Shown here: one piece after another, positions 8,812 through 18,574 of the stretch | Layout of the letters: the number at the start of each line of letters is the position of its first letter | How positions within the stretch are numbered: position 1 is the stretch's first letter | From: Caldifermentibacillus hisashii | GTDB taxonomy: Bacteria > Bacillota > Bacilli > Bacillales > Caldibacillaceae | Reading direction: 5' to 3' (one strand) | DNA length: 24,000 bases | Assembly (NCBI RefSeq): GCF_027568575.1 | Contig: NZ_JANUVP010000001.1 | Made by a program: the position numbers and the translations under genes | The notes under the pieces: model-generated | Databases searched by the model: none | What the model was told of the DNA's origin: nothing | Seen by the model: the letters and a program-made list of their open reading frames with translations, nothing else

Positions 8812-9095
8812 TTCACCCGCTTAAATAATCATTATTTTATTTTCTATATCTATTTTACATAAAAATTTTGTCGGTGGAAAAATATGAAGATGAAAATTAA
8901 CTGTTTCTCTATGATGTTCGCGTTATTAGCGATCCGGTAGAGCTCATCTTATTTGTTGTTGCCTTTCATTTCCCCTTACCCTGCCCCCTGCTTATCCTTA
9001 TTATAAGGGAAACAAAGACATTTAAAAATGGTCTTTTTGTAAGTGCAATAGGAAATAATCATGGCCGCCGTATTTATACAGGGATTTTTGAATTT

Positions 9096-9120
9096 AAAAA
9101 AAGAGAGGTTATTCCTCTCT
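9096..9120 (-). terminator. Rho-independent terminator at the end of the dxs-tlyA unit (hairpin contains the tlyA stop codon)
   Basis: The minus strand reads AGAGAGG-AATAA-CCTCTCT followed by T6-7. The TAA stop of the methyltransferase gene (9111-9109) lies in the loop. Confidence 0.7.
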
Positions 9121-9957
9121 TTTTCCATGTTTCAATTGATTGTGGGCGTCAATGACAAGCTCGGCTATTGGTGTCTGAAACTGATTCTTTCCTTTTACTC
9201 CCTCATTGTAACCCGGCCATTTTAAATGGAGTAAAAATTCGATATTCCCATCTCCGCCGGTAATTGGCGAATAATCGATATTCAGGCAATCAAATCCTTC
9301 ATTTAAGGAAAATTGAAGAATATCCTCTATAACCATCTCATGTACTTTCCGATCCCTGACAATACCTTTTTTACCAACCAGTTCTTTGCCCGCTTCAAAT
9401 TGAGGTTTAATCAGTGCCACAATGTCACTGTCCGGAACTAATATCTTTTTTAGCGGTGGCAAAATACGTTTTAAGGAGATAAAGGAAACATCAATACAAG
9501 CAAATTCAGGCATTTCCCTTGATAAATCTTCAGGTTTTAAATAACGGAAATTTGTTCGTTCCATGACGATAACCCGTTCATCTTGACGCAGTTTCCATGC
9601 CAGCTGATTATAGCCGACATCAACAGCATAACAATATTTTGCCCCGTTTTGGAGTGCACAATCGGTAAACCCACCGGTTGAAGCTCCGATATCGATGATA
9701 ATTTTACCTTTAACGGTCAGATCAAATACCTTTAATGCTTTTTCGAGCTTATACCCGCCTCTTGAAACATATGGCATTTGTTTTCCTTTAATTGATATGT
9801 CAATATCTTTTGGCACCTTGACTCCGGGCTTATCCAATCTTTGTTCATTGGAATACACGATACCTGCCATAATTGCCCTTTTTGCTTTTTCTCTTGTTTC
9901 AAAAAAGCCACGTTCATTGAGCAAAATATCCAATCTTTCTTTTTCCAAATTCCTCAA
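9109..9957 (-). CDS. yqxC: TlyA-family rRNA 2'-O-ribose methyltransferase (S4 domain + FtsJ-like SAM methyltransferase), YqxC homolog
   Basis: 282 aa. An S4-like N-terminus [25 protein letters not shown] is followed by [13 protein letters not shown] and the SAM motif [23 protein letters not shown] start at 9957 (alternative TTG at 9948), overlapping the dxs 3' end. Confidence 0.85.
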   Translation of the reverse strand: MRNLEKERLDILLNERGFFETREKAKRAIMAGIVYSNEQRLDKPGVKVPKDIDISIKGKQMPYVSRGGYKLEKALKVFDLTVKGKIIIDIGASTGGFTDCALQNGAKYCYAVDVGYNQLAWKLRQDERVIVMERTNFRYLKPEDLSREMPEFACIDVSFISLKRILPPLKKILVPDSDIVALIKPQFEAGKELVGKKGIVRDRKVHEMVIEDILQFSLNEGFDCLNIDYSPITGGDGNIEFLLHLKWPGYNEGVKGKNQFQTPIAELVIDAHNQLKHGKREE

Positions 9958-11842
9958 GCCCTTTTTTCTGTTTTTGCAACATCGTTCTTATAGTTTGAAC
10001 AATATGATCGGAAGTTAATCCGATTTCATTCAACAGTTCATGGACTTCCCCGTGATCAATAAACTGATCCGGGATGCCCAGCCTCATGATTTGATTCGAA
10101 TAGCCGTTATCATGGGCAAATTCCAAGACTGAACTGCCGAAACCACCTTGTAATACGCCTTCTTCAACAGTAAGAACAGGTAGTCCTTTTTCAAAAATGC
10201 GATTTAACAATTTTTCATCCAGCGGCTTGATAAAACGGGCATTGACGACCATTGCTTGAATTCCGGTTTTTTCTAATTTTTTCCTTGCTTCCAGCGCCAT
10301 CGGGATTGTTGTCCCAAACGTTAAAATTGCGGCATCCTTACCATCTTTTAAAACTTCCCATGAACCGATCGGAATCTCTTTTAGTTCATCGTCAAGAGTA
10401 ACCCCGTAACCATTGCCTCTCGGGAACCGCATGGCAATAGGTCCGTCATCATATTTAACAGCCGTATACACCATATGTCTACCCTCATTTTCATCTTTAG
10501 GCATCATCAATACCATGTTTGGAACACTTCTTAAAAAGGCAATATCGAACACACCTTGATGGGTATCGCCGTCCGCACCAACGAGTCCTGCCCGATCGAT
10601 GCCAAAAAATACATTTAAATTTTGCCGACAGATATCATGGACAATTTGGTCATAAGCCCGTTGCAGAAAAGTCGAATAGATCGTTAAATAAGGTTTCATA
10701 TTTTGTGTTGCCAGTCCGGCAGCCAATGTTGTGGCATGTTGCTCGGCAATCCCGACATCAATCACCCGATCCGGAAATTCAGCTTGAAACCCTTCTAATT
10801 TTGATCCAACTGTCATTGCCGGTGTAATCGCAACAATCCTTTTATCATCTCTGGCCAATTCACGAACGGTTTCACTGACAACTTTACTCCAAGCAGGTGG
10901 ACTATTAACCGGTTTTATAAAATCGCCAGTTTCAATTTTATATGGACCGGTCCCATGCCAAGTTCCCACTTTATCATTTTCGGCCGGATAATATCCTTTT
11001 CCTTTTTTTGTGACAACATGAAGCAATACCGGACCATTCGTTTTTTTCGCATAGGTCAGGTTTTCGAACAAATCTTCAAAATTATGTCCGTCAATTGGTC
11101 CCAGATAGGTAAAACCTAGCTCTTCAAAGAACATCCCGGGCACAAATAAATATTTGAAGCTATCTTTTAGACGTTCTGCTTTAGATGCCACTAATCCGCC
11201 AACTGCCGGGATTCTTTTCAAGAAAGCTTCGACTTCATCTTTCGCCCAATTGTATTTCCCTGCCGTTCGGAGTCTTCCAAGCATATTGTGCACGGCCCCG
11301 ACATTTGGCGCAATGGACATTTCATTATCATTTAAGATAACAATGATATTCTTCTTTTCATGTCCGATATGATTTAATGCTTCCAGTGCCATACCACCGG
11401 TTAATGCTCCATCACCAATTACCGGTACGATAAAATGCTTTTCACCTTTAAGATCACGGGCAATTGCCATTCCCATTGCGGCAGAAAGACTCGTTGAACT
11501 ATGACCCGTTTCCCAGATGTCATGTTCACTTTCATTTCGTTTTGGAAAACCACTTAAGCCCTTATATTTCCTTAATGTGCCAAAATCTTTCGCCCTGCCT
11601 GTTAGAATTTTATGGACATAACTTTGATGACCAACATCCCAAATAATTTTATCACGCGGACTTTCGAAAACTTTATGCAAAGCAATCGTTAACTCAACAA
11701 CACCTAAGTTGGGGCCAATGTGACCACCGGTTTTAGACAAGTTTTCAATTAAAAATTTACGAATTTCTTCACTTAATTGTTTCAACTCAGCAATAGACAT
11801 GTCACGGAGAAAAGAAGGACTCGTTATGGATTTTAGATCCAT
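9914..11842 (-). CDS. dxs: 1-deoxy-D-xylulose-5-phosphate synthase
   Basis: 642 aa. The N-terminus reads [28 protein letters not shown]...[18 protein letters not shown]. Also present are the TPP-binding motif [21 protein letters not shown] and AEQHA. Confidence 0.96.
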   Translation of the reverse strand: MDLKSITSPSFLRDMSIAELKQLSEEIRKFLIENLSKTGGHIGPNLGVVELTIALHKVFESPRDKIIWDVGHQSYVHKILTGRAKDFGTLRKYKGLSGFPKRNESEHDIWETGHSSTSLSAAMGMAIARDLKGEKHFIVPVIGDGALTGGMALEALNHIGHEKKNIIVILNDNEMSIAPNVGAVHNMLGRLRTAGKYNWAKDEVEAFLKRIPAVGGLVASKAERLKDSFKYLFVPGMFFEELGFTYLGPIDGHNFEDLFENLTYAKKTNGPVLLHVVTKKGKGYYPAENDKVGTWHGTGPYKIETGDFIKPVNSPPAWSKVVSETVRELARDDKRIVAITPAMTVGSKLEGFQAEFPDRVIDVGIAEQHATTLAAGLATQNMKPYLTIYSTFLQRAYDQIVHDICRQNLNVFFGIDRAGLVGADGDTHQGVFDIAFLRSVPNMVLMMPKDENEGRHMVYTAVKYDDGPIAMRFPRGNGYGVTLDDELKEIPIGSWEVLKDGKDAAILTFGTTIPMALEARKKLEKTGIQAMVVNARFIKPLDEKLLNRIFEKGLPVLTVEEGVLQGGFGSSVLEFAHDNGYSNQIMRLGIPDQFIDHGEVHELLNEIGLTSDHIVQTIRTMLQKQKKGLEEFGKRKIGYFAQ

Positions 11843-11900
11843 ATTGGATCACTCACTTTCATTTCAAATTCCGGAAAAAAGTTTTAATGCTATTCTCTAT

Positions 11901-11928
11901 ATTATAACAGTATCCATTCATTCTACAA
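11901..11928 (-). promoter_or_regulatory. Candidate sigma-A promoter for dxs (extended -10)
   Basis: The minus strand reads TTGTAG-16 nt-TATAAT, with TGt directly upstream of the -10. It lies about 60 nt upstream of the dxs ATG. Confidence 0.5.
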
Positions 11929-11957
11929 GAAGTTAACTTTTGTTTTGGACAAAAGCG

Positions 11958-12839
11958 TTAGCGATCTCGTTTGGCGATCAATTCCGTAATAAAGGAAAGT
12001 TGTCCGGTATCAATCGGCAAGGATTCAAGGATTCCTTCCGCTTTAGCAATATGTTCTTTTAATTTATTTTTTGCACCATTAAGAGTAAGGATCTTCGGAT
12101 ACGTACTTTTCTGCTTTTCTCGGTCACTTCCAACGTCTTTTCCGATCTGTTCGATTGTTCCTTCAACATCTAATATATCGTCGCGAATTTGAAAGGCGAG
12201 TCCAATATGATAGCCGAATTGCTCCAATAAATCGATTGTGGCTTTATCAGCGTCTGCTAAAATGGCACCGACTTTGACACAAAAAGTAAGTAATTTTCCG
12301 GTTTTATGGGTATGAATATATTCCAGTTCAGTCAATTGTAAATTTTGATTTTCCCCTTCCATATCTGCTATCTGACCCGCTACCATTCCTTCCGGGCCAC
12401 TCGCTTTTGCCAATTCGTTAATAATTGCCAATCTCTTTTCTGCAGAAAGCTGTTTTATTTCTGAAATAATTTGGAAACTATAGGTCAATAAACCATCTCC
12501 CGCCAAAATTGCTGTTGCCTCGCCATACATTTTATGATTTGTCGGTTTGCCTCTGCGAAAATCATCATTATCCATCGCAGGGAGATCATCATGAATAAGT
12601 GAGTACGTATGAACCATCTCAACGGCACAGGCAACAGGCAAGCCGATTGCTACATCTTTTTTGAAAGCAGCAAGCGTTGAAAAAATTAGCATTGGACGGA
12701 TTCTTTTTCCTCCTGCTTGTAATGAATAATCCATAGCATTTTTTAAAGTTTCTGGTGTTTTTAAGCGTTGAATCATTATTTTTAGCTCTTTATTGACCGT
12801 TTCCAAATAGTTTGCCAAGTGATCAGGATATTTTTGCAA
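11958..12839 (-). CDS. ispA: Farnesyl diphosphate synthase (trans-isoprenyl diphosphate synthase)
   Basis: 293 aa with GGKRIRPML, the first aspartate-rich motif LIHDDLPAMDNDDFRRGKPT, and the second motif FQIRDDILD. TTG start with SD GAGGTGGA 7 nt upstream. Confidence 0.92.
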   Translation of the reverse strand: MQKYPDHLANYLETVNKELKIMIQRLKTPETLKNAMDYSLQAGGKRIRPMLIFSTLAAFKKDVAIGLPVACAVEMVHTYSLIHDDLPAMDNDDFRRGKPTNHKMYGEATAILAGDGLLTYSFQIISEIKQLSAEKRLAIINELAKASGPEGMVAGQIADMEGENQNLQLTELEYIHTHKTGKLLTFCVKVGAILADADKATIDLLEQFGYHIGLAFQIRDDILDVEGTIEQIGKDVGSDREKQKSTYPKILTLNGAKNKLKEHIAKAEGILESLPIDTGQLSFITELIAKRDR

Positions 12840-12841
12840 CT

Positions 12842-13093
12842 TTAATCCACCTCATTGATTGAGAAATTGTCAATTTCCCCGTTATCCTTTAATATTTCCG
12901 TCAATTGTTCTTCCACGTTTTTTAATTTTTGATGGCAGATTTTTGCTAATTCCATACCTTCTTTATATTTGGCAATAGCCGTTTCTAAAGGGACATCTCC
13001 ACCTTCTAAAATATCGACTATCCCTTCTAATTTTTCCATTGCTTCTTCAAATGTTAAATTTTCCTTTTCTGTTTTTCCCGGAATTTCACTCAT
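12842..13093 (-). CDS. xseB: Exodeoxyribonuclease VII small subunit
   Basis: 83 aa, with the typical FEEAMEKLEGIV..LE.GDVPLE.AI..YKEG..L...C...L. The ATGA start overlaps the xseA stop. Confidence 0.9.
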   Translation of the reverse strand: MSEIPGKTEKENLTFEEAMEKLEGIVDILEGGDVPLETAIAKYKEGMELAKICHQKLKNVEEQLTEILKDNGEIDNFSINEVD

Positions 13094-14439
13094 CTTGTTT
13101 CTTCCTCTCTTTCAATGATTTTTGCTTTTAACGTTCCATCAGTCAATGTCACTTTGATCGAATCACCGACTTTTACATTATTAATTGATTTAATAATGTG
13201 ATCTCCACTATCATAGGCGATTGAATAGCCCCGTTCCATCACTTTCAAAGGACTAAGAACATTTAATGTTGAAACTTGGTTGAGAAATTCCTTTTCTTTT
13301 AATTTAAAAATTGCTTCAAACGATCGGCTCATACGCTTTACTTGTTGTCCGAGTTTATTATTGGCAGCATCAAACTGTCCTTGAGGATGGTTTGATTTTA
13401 GCCGCTGTTCAAGATACTTCATTTTTTGATTGGTATCAGTAATTTTCTGTTTTAGCAGCCGATTTGCCTGTTCTACCGTTCTGTCCAGATGTTCCGTTTT
13501 TTGCTCGAACAATTTTTGTGGGTAGCGAAAGGCATATGATTTTGTTAGTCGGTCGAGACGTTTAGATTCGACATTCGTTCTTTCTTTTATTGCCCGGATT
13601 AACCGGATTTTTCGATTTAATATTCTTTCAATCAAATCATCAATATTCGGCACGGCCAGTTCAGCTGCCCCGGTTGGAGTCGGTGCTCGCAGATCTGCAA
13701 CAAAATCAGCGATCGTTGTATCCGTCTCGTGTCCGACAGCAGAAATGACAGGAATCTCGGAAGCGAAAATGGCCCTTGCCACCGCCTCCTCATTAAATGC
13801 CCATAATTCTTCAATTGATCCTCCTCCGCGCCCAACAATAAGGAGATCTGCTTCCTTTCTTGAATTGGCCGTTTCAATGGCGGATACAATCGAGGCTGCA
13901 GCGGCATTTCCTTGTACAAGAGCCGGATAAATGATAATTTTGGCAATCGGATACCTTCTTTTTATCGTTGTAAGAATATCGCGAATGGCGGCACCGGTAG
14001 GAGAAGTAACGACGCCTACTGTTTTTGGATAAAGAGGGAGCGGTTTTTTTCGGTCTTTATTAAATAAACCTTCTTTGCTCAACTTTTCCTTCAGTTGTTC
14101 AAACGCTAAATATAAAGCACCAATTCCTTCCGGTTCCATTTCTTTAACATAAATTTGGTATTGTCCGCTCGGTTCATAGACAGTTACTTCACCGTGCAAT
14201 AACACGGTCATGCCGTTTTCAGGTTCGAAGCGTAGTTTCTTAGCTTGGGATGAAAACATAACAGCTAAAATTCTTGCTTTATTATCTTTTAAAGTGAAAT
14301 ACAAATGTCCGCTCGTATGTTTTTTATAATTGGATATTTCACCTTTGACAAAAACGTCTTGAAGATGGGGATCAAAATCAAATTTTCGTTTAATATATCT
14401 CGTTAAGGCCTGAACAGTTAAATATTGAACTTTTTCCAT
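13090..14439 (-). CDS. xseA: Exodeoxyribonuclease VII large subunit
   Basis: An OB-fold N-terminus (VKGEISNYKKHTSGHLYFTLKD), the catalytic core GVVTSPTGAAIRDI...LIVGRGGGSIEELWAFNEE..ARAI....PVISAVGHETD.TI.DFVAD.RA.TPT.AAE, and a coiled-coil tail. The real start is most likely ATG 14439 (MEKVQY...), with SD GAGGGG 7 nt upstream. The ORF-track TTG at 14454 lies inside that SD. Confidence 0.93.
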   Translation of the reverse strand: MEKVQYLTVQALTRYIKRKFDFDPHLQDVFVKGEISNYKKHTSGHLYFTLKDNKARILAVMFSSQAKKLRFEPENGMTVLLHGEVTVYEPSGQYQIYVKEMEPEGIGALYLAFEQLKEKLSKEGLFNKDRKKPLPLYPKTVGVVTSPTGAAIRDILTTIKRRYPIAKIIIYPALVQGNAAAASIVSAIETANSRKEADLLIVGRGGGSIEELWAFNEEAVARAIFASEIPVISAVGHETDTTIADFVADLRAPTPTGAAELAVPNIDDLIERILNRKIRLIRAIKERTNVESKRLDRLTKSYAFRYPQKLFEQKTEHLDRTVEQANRLLKQKITDTNQKMKYLEQRLKSNHPQGQFDAANNKLGQQVKRMSRSFEAIFKLKEKEFLNQVSTLNVLSPLKVMERGYSIAYDSGDHIIKSINNVKVGDSIKVTLTDGTLKAKIIEREEETR

Positions 14440-14514
14440 ATGTAAACCCCTCAATCACAAAAAAAACCAATGTGAAATCTGAATATCATAATAATAGTTT
14501 ACTAAAAATAAGAG

Positions 14515-14542
14515 AAGCAGTCACCGATTTCTGGCACTGCTT
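14515..14542 (-). terminator. Candidate terminator after folD
   Basis: AAGCAGT (14515-14521) pairs with ACTGCTT (14536-14542) as a 7-bp stem with a 14-nt loop. On the minus strand it is followed by CTCTTATTTTT. The T-run is not immediately adjacent, so this is only moderately convincing. Confidence 0.45.
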
Positions 14543-14557
14543 TTCTATTTCTTATTT

Positions 14558-15412
14558 TCATTTAGCGGTATATTTCATAGCCGCTTTTACAGTGTTGGCC
14601 AAAAGCATTGTTATTGTCATCGGTCCAACCCCACCGGGAACCGGCGTTATATAAGAAGCTTTATTTTTTACCTCATCATATAAAACATCGCCGCATAGTT
14701 TTCCTTCCTCATTTCGATTCATACCAACATCAATAACGACGGCACCTTCTTTTACATAATCTGCAGTAATGCGGTTCGCTTGTCCAATCGCACTTACTAA
14801 TACGTCAGCTTGTCTTGTAATTGAAGGTAGGTCAACTGTTTTGGAATGGCAATAGGTAACTGTTGCATTTTCCCCCAGCAATAATTGTCCCATCGGTTTC
14901 CCGACAATATTACTTCTTCCGATAACGACAGCATGCTTTCCTGTCAAATCTATATGTATTTCCTTCAACATTTCAATGATTCCAAGTGGCGTACATGGAA
15001 CAAAAGTATCTTCGCCGGTTAACAGTTTACCGACATTAAGCGGATGAAAGCCATCGACATCTTTATCCGGATGAATTGCTTCAATAACCACCTTTGGATT
15101 TATTTGATTCGGTAAAGGCAATTGAACTAAAATTCCGTGAATCTCCTTATTTTCATTCAGTTCCTTGATCCTGGCCAGCAAAAATTCTTCAGTAATATTC
15201 TCTTCATATTTAAGTAATAGAGAATAAATGCCAACTTCTTTACATGCTCTTTGTTTGTTTCTGACATAGGTTTGACTGGCCGGATCGTCTCCAACCAAAA
15301 TAACAGCTAAACCGGGTGTAATCCCTTTTGCTTTTAGTTCCTCGACCGCCTGTTTCAATTCTTCTCTCTTTTTACCGGCAATTGCTTTCCCGTCAATGAT
15401 TTGACCAGCCAT
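14558..15412 (-). CDS. folD: Bifunctional 5,10-methylenetetrahydrofolate dehydrogenase / methenyl-THF cyclohydrolase
   Basis: [14 protein letters not shown]...[21 protein letters not shown]...[10 protein letters not shown]...[13 protein letters not shown]...PCTP.G..E.L...[15 protein letters not shown]...[15 protein letters not shown] 15412 has the SD GGAGGGGG. The ORF-track start at 15427 lies within that SD. Confidence 0.95.
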   Translation of the reverse strand: MAGQIIDGKAIAGKKREELKQAVEELKAKGITPGLAVILVGDDPASQTYVRNKQRACKEVGIYSLLLKYEENITEEFLLARIKELNENKEIHGILVQLPLPNQINPKVVIEAIHPDKDVDGFHPLNVGKLLTGEDTFVPCTPLGIIEMLKEIHIDLTGKHAVVIGRSNIVGKPMGQLLLGENATVTYCHSKTVDLPSITRQADVLVSAIGQANRITADYVKEGAVVIDVGMNRNEEGKLCGDVLYDEVKNKASYITPVPGGVGPMTITMLLANTVKAAMKYTAK

Positions 15413-15435
15413 AATTTCCCCCTCCAAAAAATTGA

Positions 15436-15828
15436 TTATTTTCCCAATGTTTCCATGACCTTTGCTAAAACTCCGTTAATAAAGCGACTCGATTTTTCAT
15501 CACCAAATCTTTTCGCAATTTCAACGGCTTCATTAATTGATACGGTATATGGAACATCTTCCATATATTTCATCTCATAAACAGCAATCCGTAATAAATT
15601 TCTGTCGATATTCGCCAAACGGTCAAGTGACCAATTTTCTAAATGGTCGGTAATGATTTGATCTAACTCATGCAAATGTTCCACCGTACCGAAAAACAAT
15701 TTTTTTAAAAACACATCATCACTATCTTTTCCGAGAACATGGCGATACGCATTTTCCGGATCGGATTTCCCGACATCCACTTGAAAAACTGCTTGTAACG
15801 CTTTTTCTCTTGATGTTCTCCTATTCAT
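15436..15828 (-). CDS. nusB: Transcription antitermination factor NusB
   Basis: 130 aa. [14 protein letters not shown]...[19 protein letters not shown]....[26 protein letters not shown] is the canonical NusB fold sequence. Confidence 0.93.
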   Translation of the reverse strand: MNRRTSREKALQAVFQVDVGKSDPENAYRHVLGKDSDDVFLKKLFFGTVEHLHELDQIITDHLENWSLDRLANIDRNLLRIAVYEMKYMEDVPYTVSINEAVEIAKRFGDEKSSRFINGVLAKVMETLGK

Positions 15829-15884
15829 TTATAAAGTACTCCTTTTCAAACATAAGTTTTGATTTTGAACCATACATTTCTCAC

Positions 15885-15890
15885 ATTATA
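15885..15890 (-). promoter_or_regulatory. Candidate -10 box (TATAAT) for a nusB-folD promoter
   Basis: A perfect TATAAT on the minus strand lies about 57 nt upstream of the nusB ATG and downstream of the strong yqhY terminator. The -35 is poor (ATGATT at 17 nt). Confidence 0.35.
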
Positions 15891-16032
15891 CGAATGAAAC
15901 TACTCAAAATCATAGCATAAATGATTGAAAAAAGGAAAGAGTTCACAGAGGAATTTTGCAAAATAGGAGAGGAGGTTTTATTCTGTAGAAGAGAAAATTG
16001 GAACTTCGGGAGTTAAAGTGACTTTAGCATAC

Positions 16033-16062
16033 AAAAAGCAGGAACATAAGTTCCTGCTTTTT
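16033..16062 (-). terminator. Strong rho-independent terminator after the accB-accC-yqhY unit
   Basis: AAAAAGCAGGAAC-ataa-GTTCCTGCTTTTT forms a perfect 13-bp stem with a 4-nt loop and a T-run, 3 nt after the Asp23-family gene stop. The structure is symmetric and could act in both directions. Confidence 0.88.
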
Positions 16063-16065
16063 GTA

Positions 16066-16467
16066 TTATTCAACGACCGGATTTTGTTGTTCTTCTTTTT
16101 GCGTTTCAAAATTGACGTTTACAATATGGATATTTACTTCATCTGTTTCCAACCCGGTCATATTGTACAAAGCTTGTCGAATATTTTCTTGAATACTTTG
16201 TGCTACTTTCGGAATGGAAACACCGAAGTTCAGAATACAATACACATCAATTTTAATTTGATTGTCAGACAAATCAACACGAATCCCTTTTCCATGGTTT
16301 TTCTTCCCTAATCGTTCAACAACACCTGCGGCAAAGTTACCGCGCATCGTCGCCACCCCATCAATTTCCGATGCGGCAATTCCGGCGATCACTTCAATCA
16401 CTTCAGGTGCAATTTCAATTTTTCCTAAACCATCCAGATTCATTTCCAATGCATTATTTTCGGGCAT
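16066..16467 (-). CDS. yqhY: Asp23/Gls24-family (alkaline shock protein-like, DUF322) protein, YqhY homolog
   Basis: 133 aa. GKIEIAPEVIEVIAGIAASEIDGVA...GIRVDL.....IDVY....GVSIP.VA..IQ..I...L...TGL....VNIHIV is the Asp23 family pattern. Its position after accC is conserved in Bacillus. Confidence 0.85.
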   Translation of the reverse strand: MPENNALEMNLDGLGKIEIAPEVIEVIAGIAASEIDGVATMRGNFAAGVVERLGKKNHGKGIRVDLSDNQIKIDVYCILNFGVSIPKVAQSIQENIRQALYNMTGLETDEVNIHIVNVNFETQKEEQQNPVVE

Positions 16468-16481
16468 CAGCTTACACCACC

Positions 16482-17840
16482 TTAGGCATTATTTTTCATT
16501 ACGTCATACATTTCAAGGAATTTTGTATTGAAATCCCCTGATTTAAACGCTTGATGTTCGAGCACCTTTAAATGGAATGGAATTGTCGAATAAATTCCCT
16601 CGATAACAAATTCACCCAACGCCCGTTCCATTTTCTTAATCGCTTCTTCCCTTGTAGGCGCATGGACAATCAGTTTAGCGATCATTGAATCATAGTAAGG
16701 CGGAATGGCGTATCCGGGATATGCGGCCGAGTCAACCCGAACACCGGGACCACCCGGGGCAAGATACATGTTAATCTTTCCCGGAGACGGCATGAAATTT
16801 TTCTCGGGATTTTCTGCATTAATTCTGCACTCGATTGCCCATCCATTAAAGGTGACGTCTTCTTGTTTCAATGTGAGTTCTTTTCCACTGGCAACAAAAA
16901 TTTGTCCTTTTATTAAATCGACACCGGTAATCAACTCTGTAACAGGATGTTCAACTTGAATCCGGGTATTCATCTCCATAAAGTAGAATTTTTTCTCCCG
17001 GTAATCATATATAAATTCTACCGTACCTGCACCTGTATAATCAACTGCTTTTGCTGCTTTAACTGCCGCTTCTCCCATTTTATTCCGAATTTCCGGGGTT
17101 AATGCCGGAGATGGTGCTTCTTCGATCAATTTTTGCAATCTTCTTTGTACAGAGCAATCCCGTTCCCCTAAGTGAATCACATTTCCGTAATTATCTGCTA
17201 AAACTTGAATTTCAACATGGCGAAAATCTTGAATATATTTTTCCAAATAAACGCCGGGATTCCCGAATGCTGTTAGTGCCTCTTGTCTTGTGATATTGAT
17301 GCCTTTAACTAATTCCTCTTCATTCATGGCAACCCGGATTCCTTTACCACCACCGCCGGCTGTAGCTTTGATTATGACAGGATAACCAATTTCGGATGCC
17401 AGTTTCAGTGCGTCGTCCATATCTTCAACAATTCCATTGGATCCGGGAACAATTGGTACGCCGGCCTTTCTCATCGTTTCCCGGGCAACATCTTTTGTCC
17501 CCATCTTGGCAATTGCATCACCGCTTGGACCAATGAAAACAAGTCCGCATTCTTTAACTAAATTAGCAAAGTTCTCATTTTCAGCCAAAAATCCATAACC
17601 CGGATGGATTGCTTCACATCCCGTTAATTTAGCAACACTTATGATGTTCGCCATATTTAAGTAACTGTCTTTGGATGGATTTGGACCAATACAATAAGCT
17701 TCATCTGCCATTTGTACATGAAGAGCTTCTTGATCAGCTTGAGAGTAGACGGCTACTGTCCGAATATCAAGTTCCCTGCAGGCTCGAATAATGCGGACAG
17801 CGATTTCCCCCCGATTGGCAATTAAAATTTTTTTTAACAC
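16482..17840 (-). CDS. accC: Acetyl-CoA carboxylase, biotin carboxylase subunit
   Basis: [44 protein letters not shown], the ATP-grasp motif [19 protein letters not shown], and [14 protein letters not shown]. The likely start is GTG 17840 ([12 protein letters not shown]), with SD GAGGTGG 5 nt upstream. The ORF-track GTG at 17849 is inside the SD. Confidence 0.96.
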   Translation of the reverse strand: MLKKILIANRGEIAVRIIRACRELDIRTVAVYSQADQEALHVQMADEAYCIGPNPSKDSYLNMANIISVAKLTGCEAIHPGYGFLAENENFANLVKECGLVFIGPSGDAIAKMGTKDVARETMRKAGVPIVPGSNGIVEDMDDALKLASEIGYPVIIKATAGGGGKGIRVAMNEEELVKGINITRQEALTAFGNPGVYLEKYIQDFRHVEIQVLADNYGNVIHLGERDCSVQRRLQKLIEEAPSPALTPEIRNKMGEAAVKAAKAVDYTGAGTVEFIYDYREKKFYFMEMNTRIQVEHPVTELITGVDLIKGQIFVASGKELTLKQEDVTFNGWAIECRINAENPEKNFMPSPGKINMYLAPGGPGVRVDSAAYPGYAIPPYYDSMIAKLIVHAPTREEAIKKMERALGEFVIEGIYSTIPFHLKVLEHQAFKSGDFNTKFLEMYDVMKNNA

Positions 17841-17852
17841 GTTAACCACCTC

Positions 17853-18371
17853 TTAATCTACCTTAACTAAAAACAGAGGTTGGCCAAATTCGACTAGTTG
17901 ACCATTTTTGACAAGGATTTCGACAATTTCCCCATCTACATCTGCCTCAATTTCATTAAATAATTTCATGGCTTCGACAATGCATACAACCGAATCACTT
18001 TTTACTTTCGAACCGACTTTCACATATGGTTCTGCATCCGGAGATGGTGACGCATAAAAGGTCCCTACCATCGGAGATGTAATTTTATGAAGGTTTTCTT
18101 CAGGTGCATTTGTTTTTTCCAATTGGGCTGCCGGATTCGCTTTTGCCGATTCCACCACTTCTTGTACCGGTTGAGCGGCTTGCGGTTGATTGGTCGGTTG
18201 ATCAATGAAAGTGTTTACAGGTTCAACTTTAATAGGTTCAACCGTTTTAACTTGAACAGGTTGTTTTTTTTTCATTACTAATTTTAATCCATCATATTCA
18301 TATTTAAATTCATCAATATTTGATTGATCAACAAGCCTGATCAATTCACGAATTTCTTGAACTTTTAACAT
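17853..18371 (-). CDS. accB: Acetyl-CoA carboxylase, biotin carboxyl carrier protein
   Basis: 172 aa with a Pro/Gln/Ala-rich linker. The C-terminal biotinyl domain has [14 protein letters not shown] and the biotinylation site [23 protein letters not shown]. Confidence 0.93.
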   Translation of the reverse strand: MLKVQEIRELIRLVDQSNIDEFKYEYDGLKLVMKKKQPVQVKTVEPIKVEPVNTFIDQPTNQPQAAQPVQEVVESAKANPAAQLEKTNAPEENLHKITSPMVGTFYASPSPDAEPYVKVGSKVKSDSVVCIVEAMKLFNEIEADVDGEIVEILVKNGQLVEFGQPLFLVKVD

Positions 18372-18418
18372 GTCTACACCCCTTAAATTATGACTAGCTA
18401 CTAATAGTATACATTAAA

Positions 18419-18447
18419 ATTTTACTGTAGTACATTGGGATTGACAA
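18419..18447 (-). promoter_or_regulatory. Candidate sigma-A promoter for accB-accC
   Basis: The minus strand reads TTGTCA-17 nt-TAAAAT, about 45 nt upstream of the accB ATG and just downstream of the spoIIIA terminator. Confidence 0.55.
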
Positions 18448-18481
18448 GCAAATCATCATTCAGGTATGAAAATTACTTTTT

Positions 18482-18517
18482 AAAAAGAGAAAAGTGTTCC
18501 GGATGTTGGAACACTTT
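18482..18517 (-). terminator. Rho-independent terminator of the spoIIIA operon
   Basis: AAAGTGTTCC (18491-18500) pairs with GGAACACTTT (18508-18517) as a 10-bp stem with a 7-nt loop. On the minus strand it is followed by TCTCTTTTTA. Confidence 0.8.
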
Positions 18518-18574
18518 ATTAAAAAATAATCCTTTTGATTTGTTCGCTTATTCGACAAGCACCATGCTGTTTTT

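Noticed and set aside
8936-8943. GGTAGAGC, the typical tRNA D-loop/D-stem sequence, in the tlyA-argR spacer.
   Set aside because: There is no matching 5' D-stem (GCTC), no acceptor stem, no anticodon arm and no GTTCGAATC-like T-arm nearby. This is not a tRNA or a recognisable tRNA remnant.
8972-8989. G-rich tract on the minus strand (GGGGGCAGGGTAAGGGG) as a possible G-quadruplex.
   Set aside because: Only three runs of three or more G's are present, and the next run is only GG. It does not meet the four-run requirement for a canonical intramolecular G4.
15934-15944. A boxA-like sequence (GAACUCUUUCC on the sense strand) upstream of nusB, hinting at Nus-factor autoregulation.
   Set aside because: Only the CUCUUU core matches the boxA consensus (UGCUCUUUAACAA or Bacillus UGUUCUUUGAAAA). 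It also lies upstream of the candidate promoter -10. The match is too weak to report.
15965-15975. A very strong SD-like AGGAGAGGAGG on the plus strand in the yqhY-nusB spacer. On the minus strand it reads as a CCUCCUCUCC anti-SD-like tract.
   Set aside because: On the plus strand no ATG/GTG/TTG follows within 5-12 nt; the sequence is tttt att ctg TAG. On the minus strand the tract lies upstream of the candidate nusB -10 box and downstream of a strong terminator. It would therefore rarely be transcribed together with the nusB SD.
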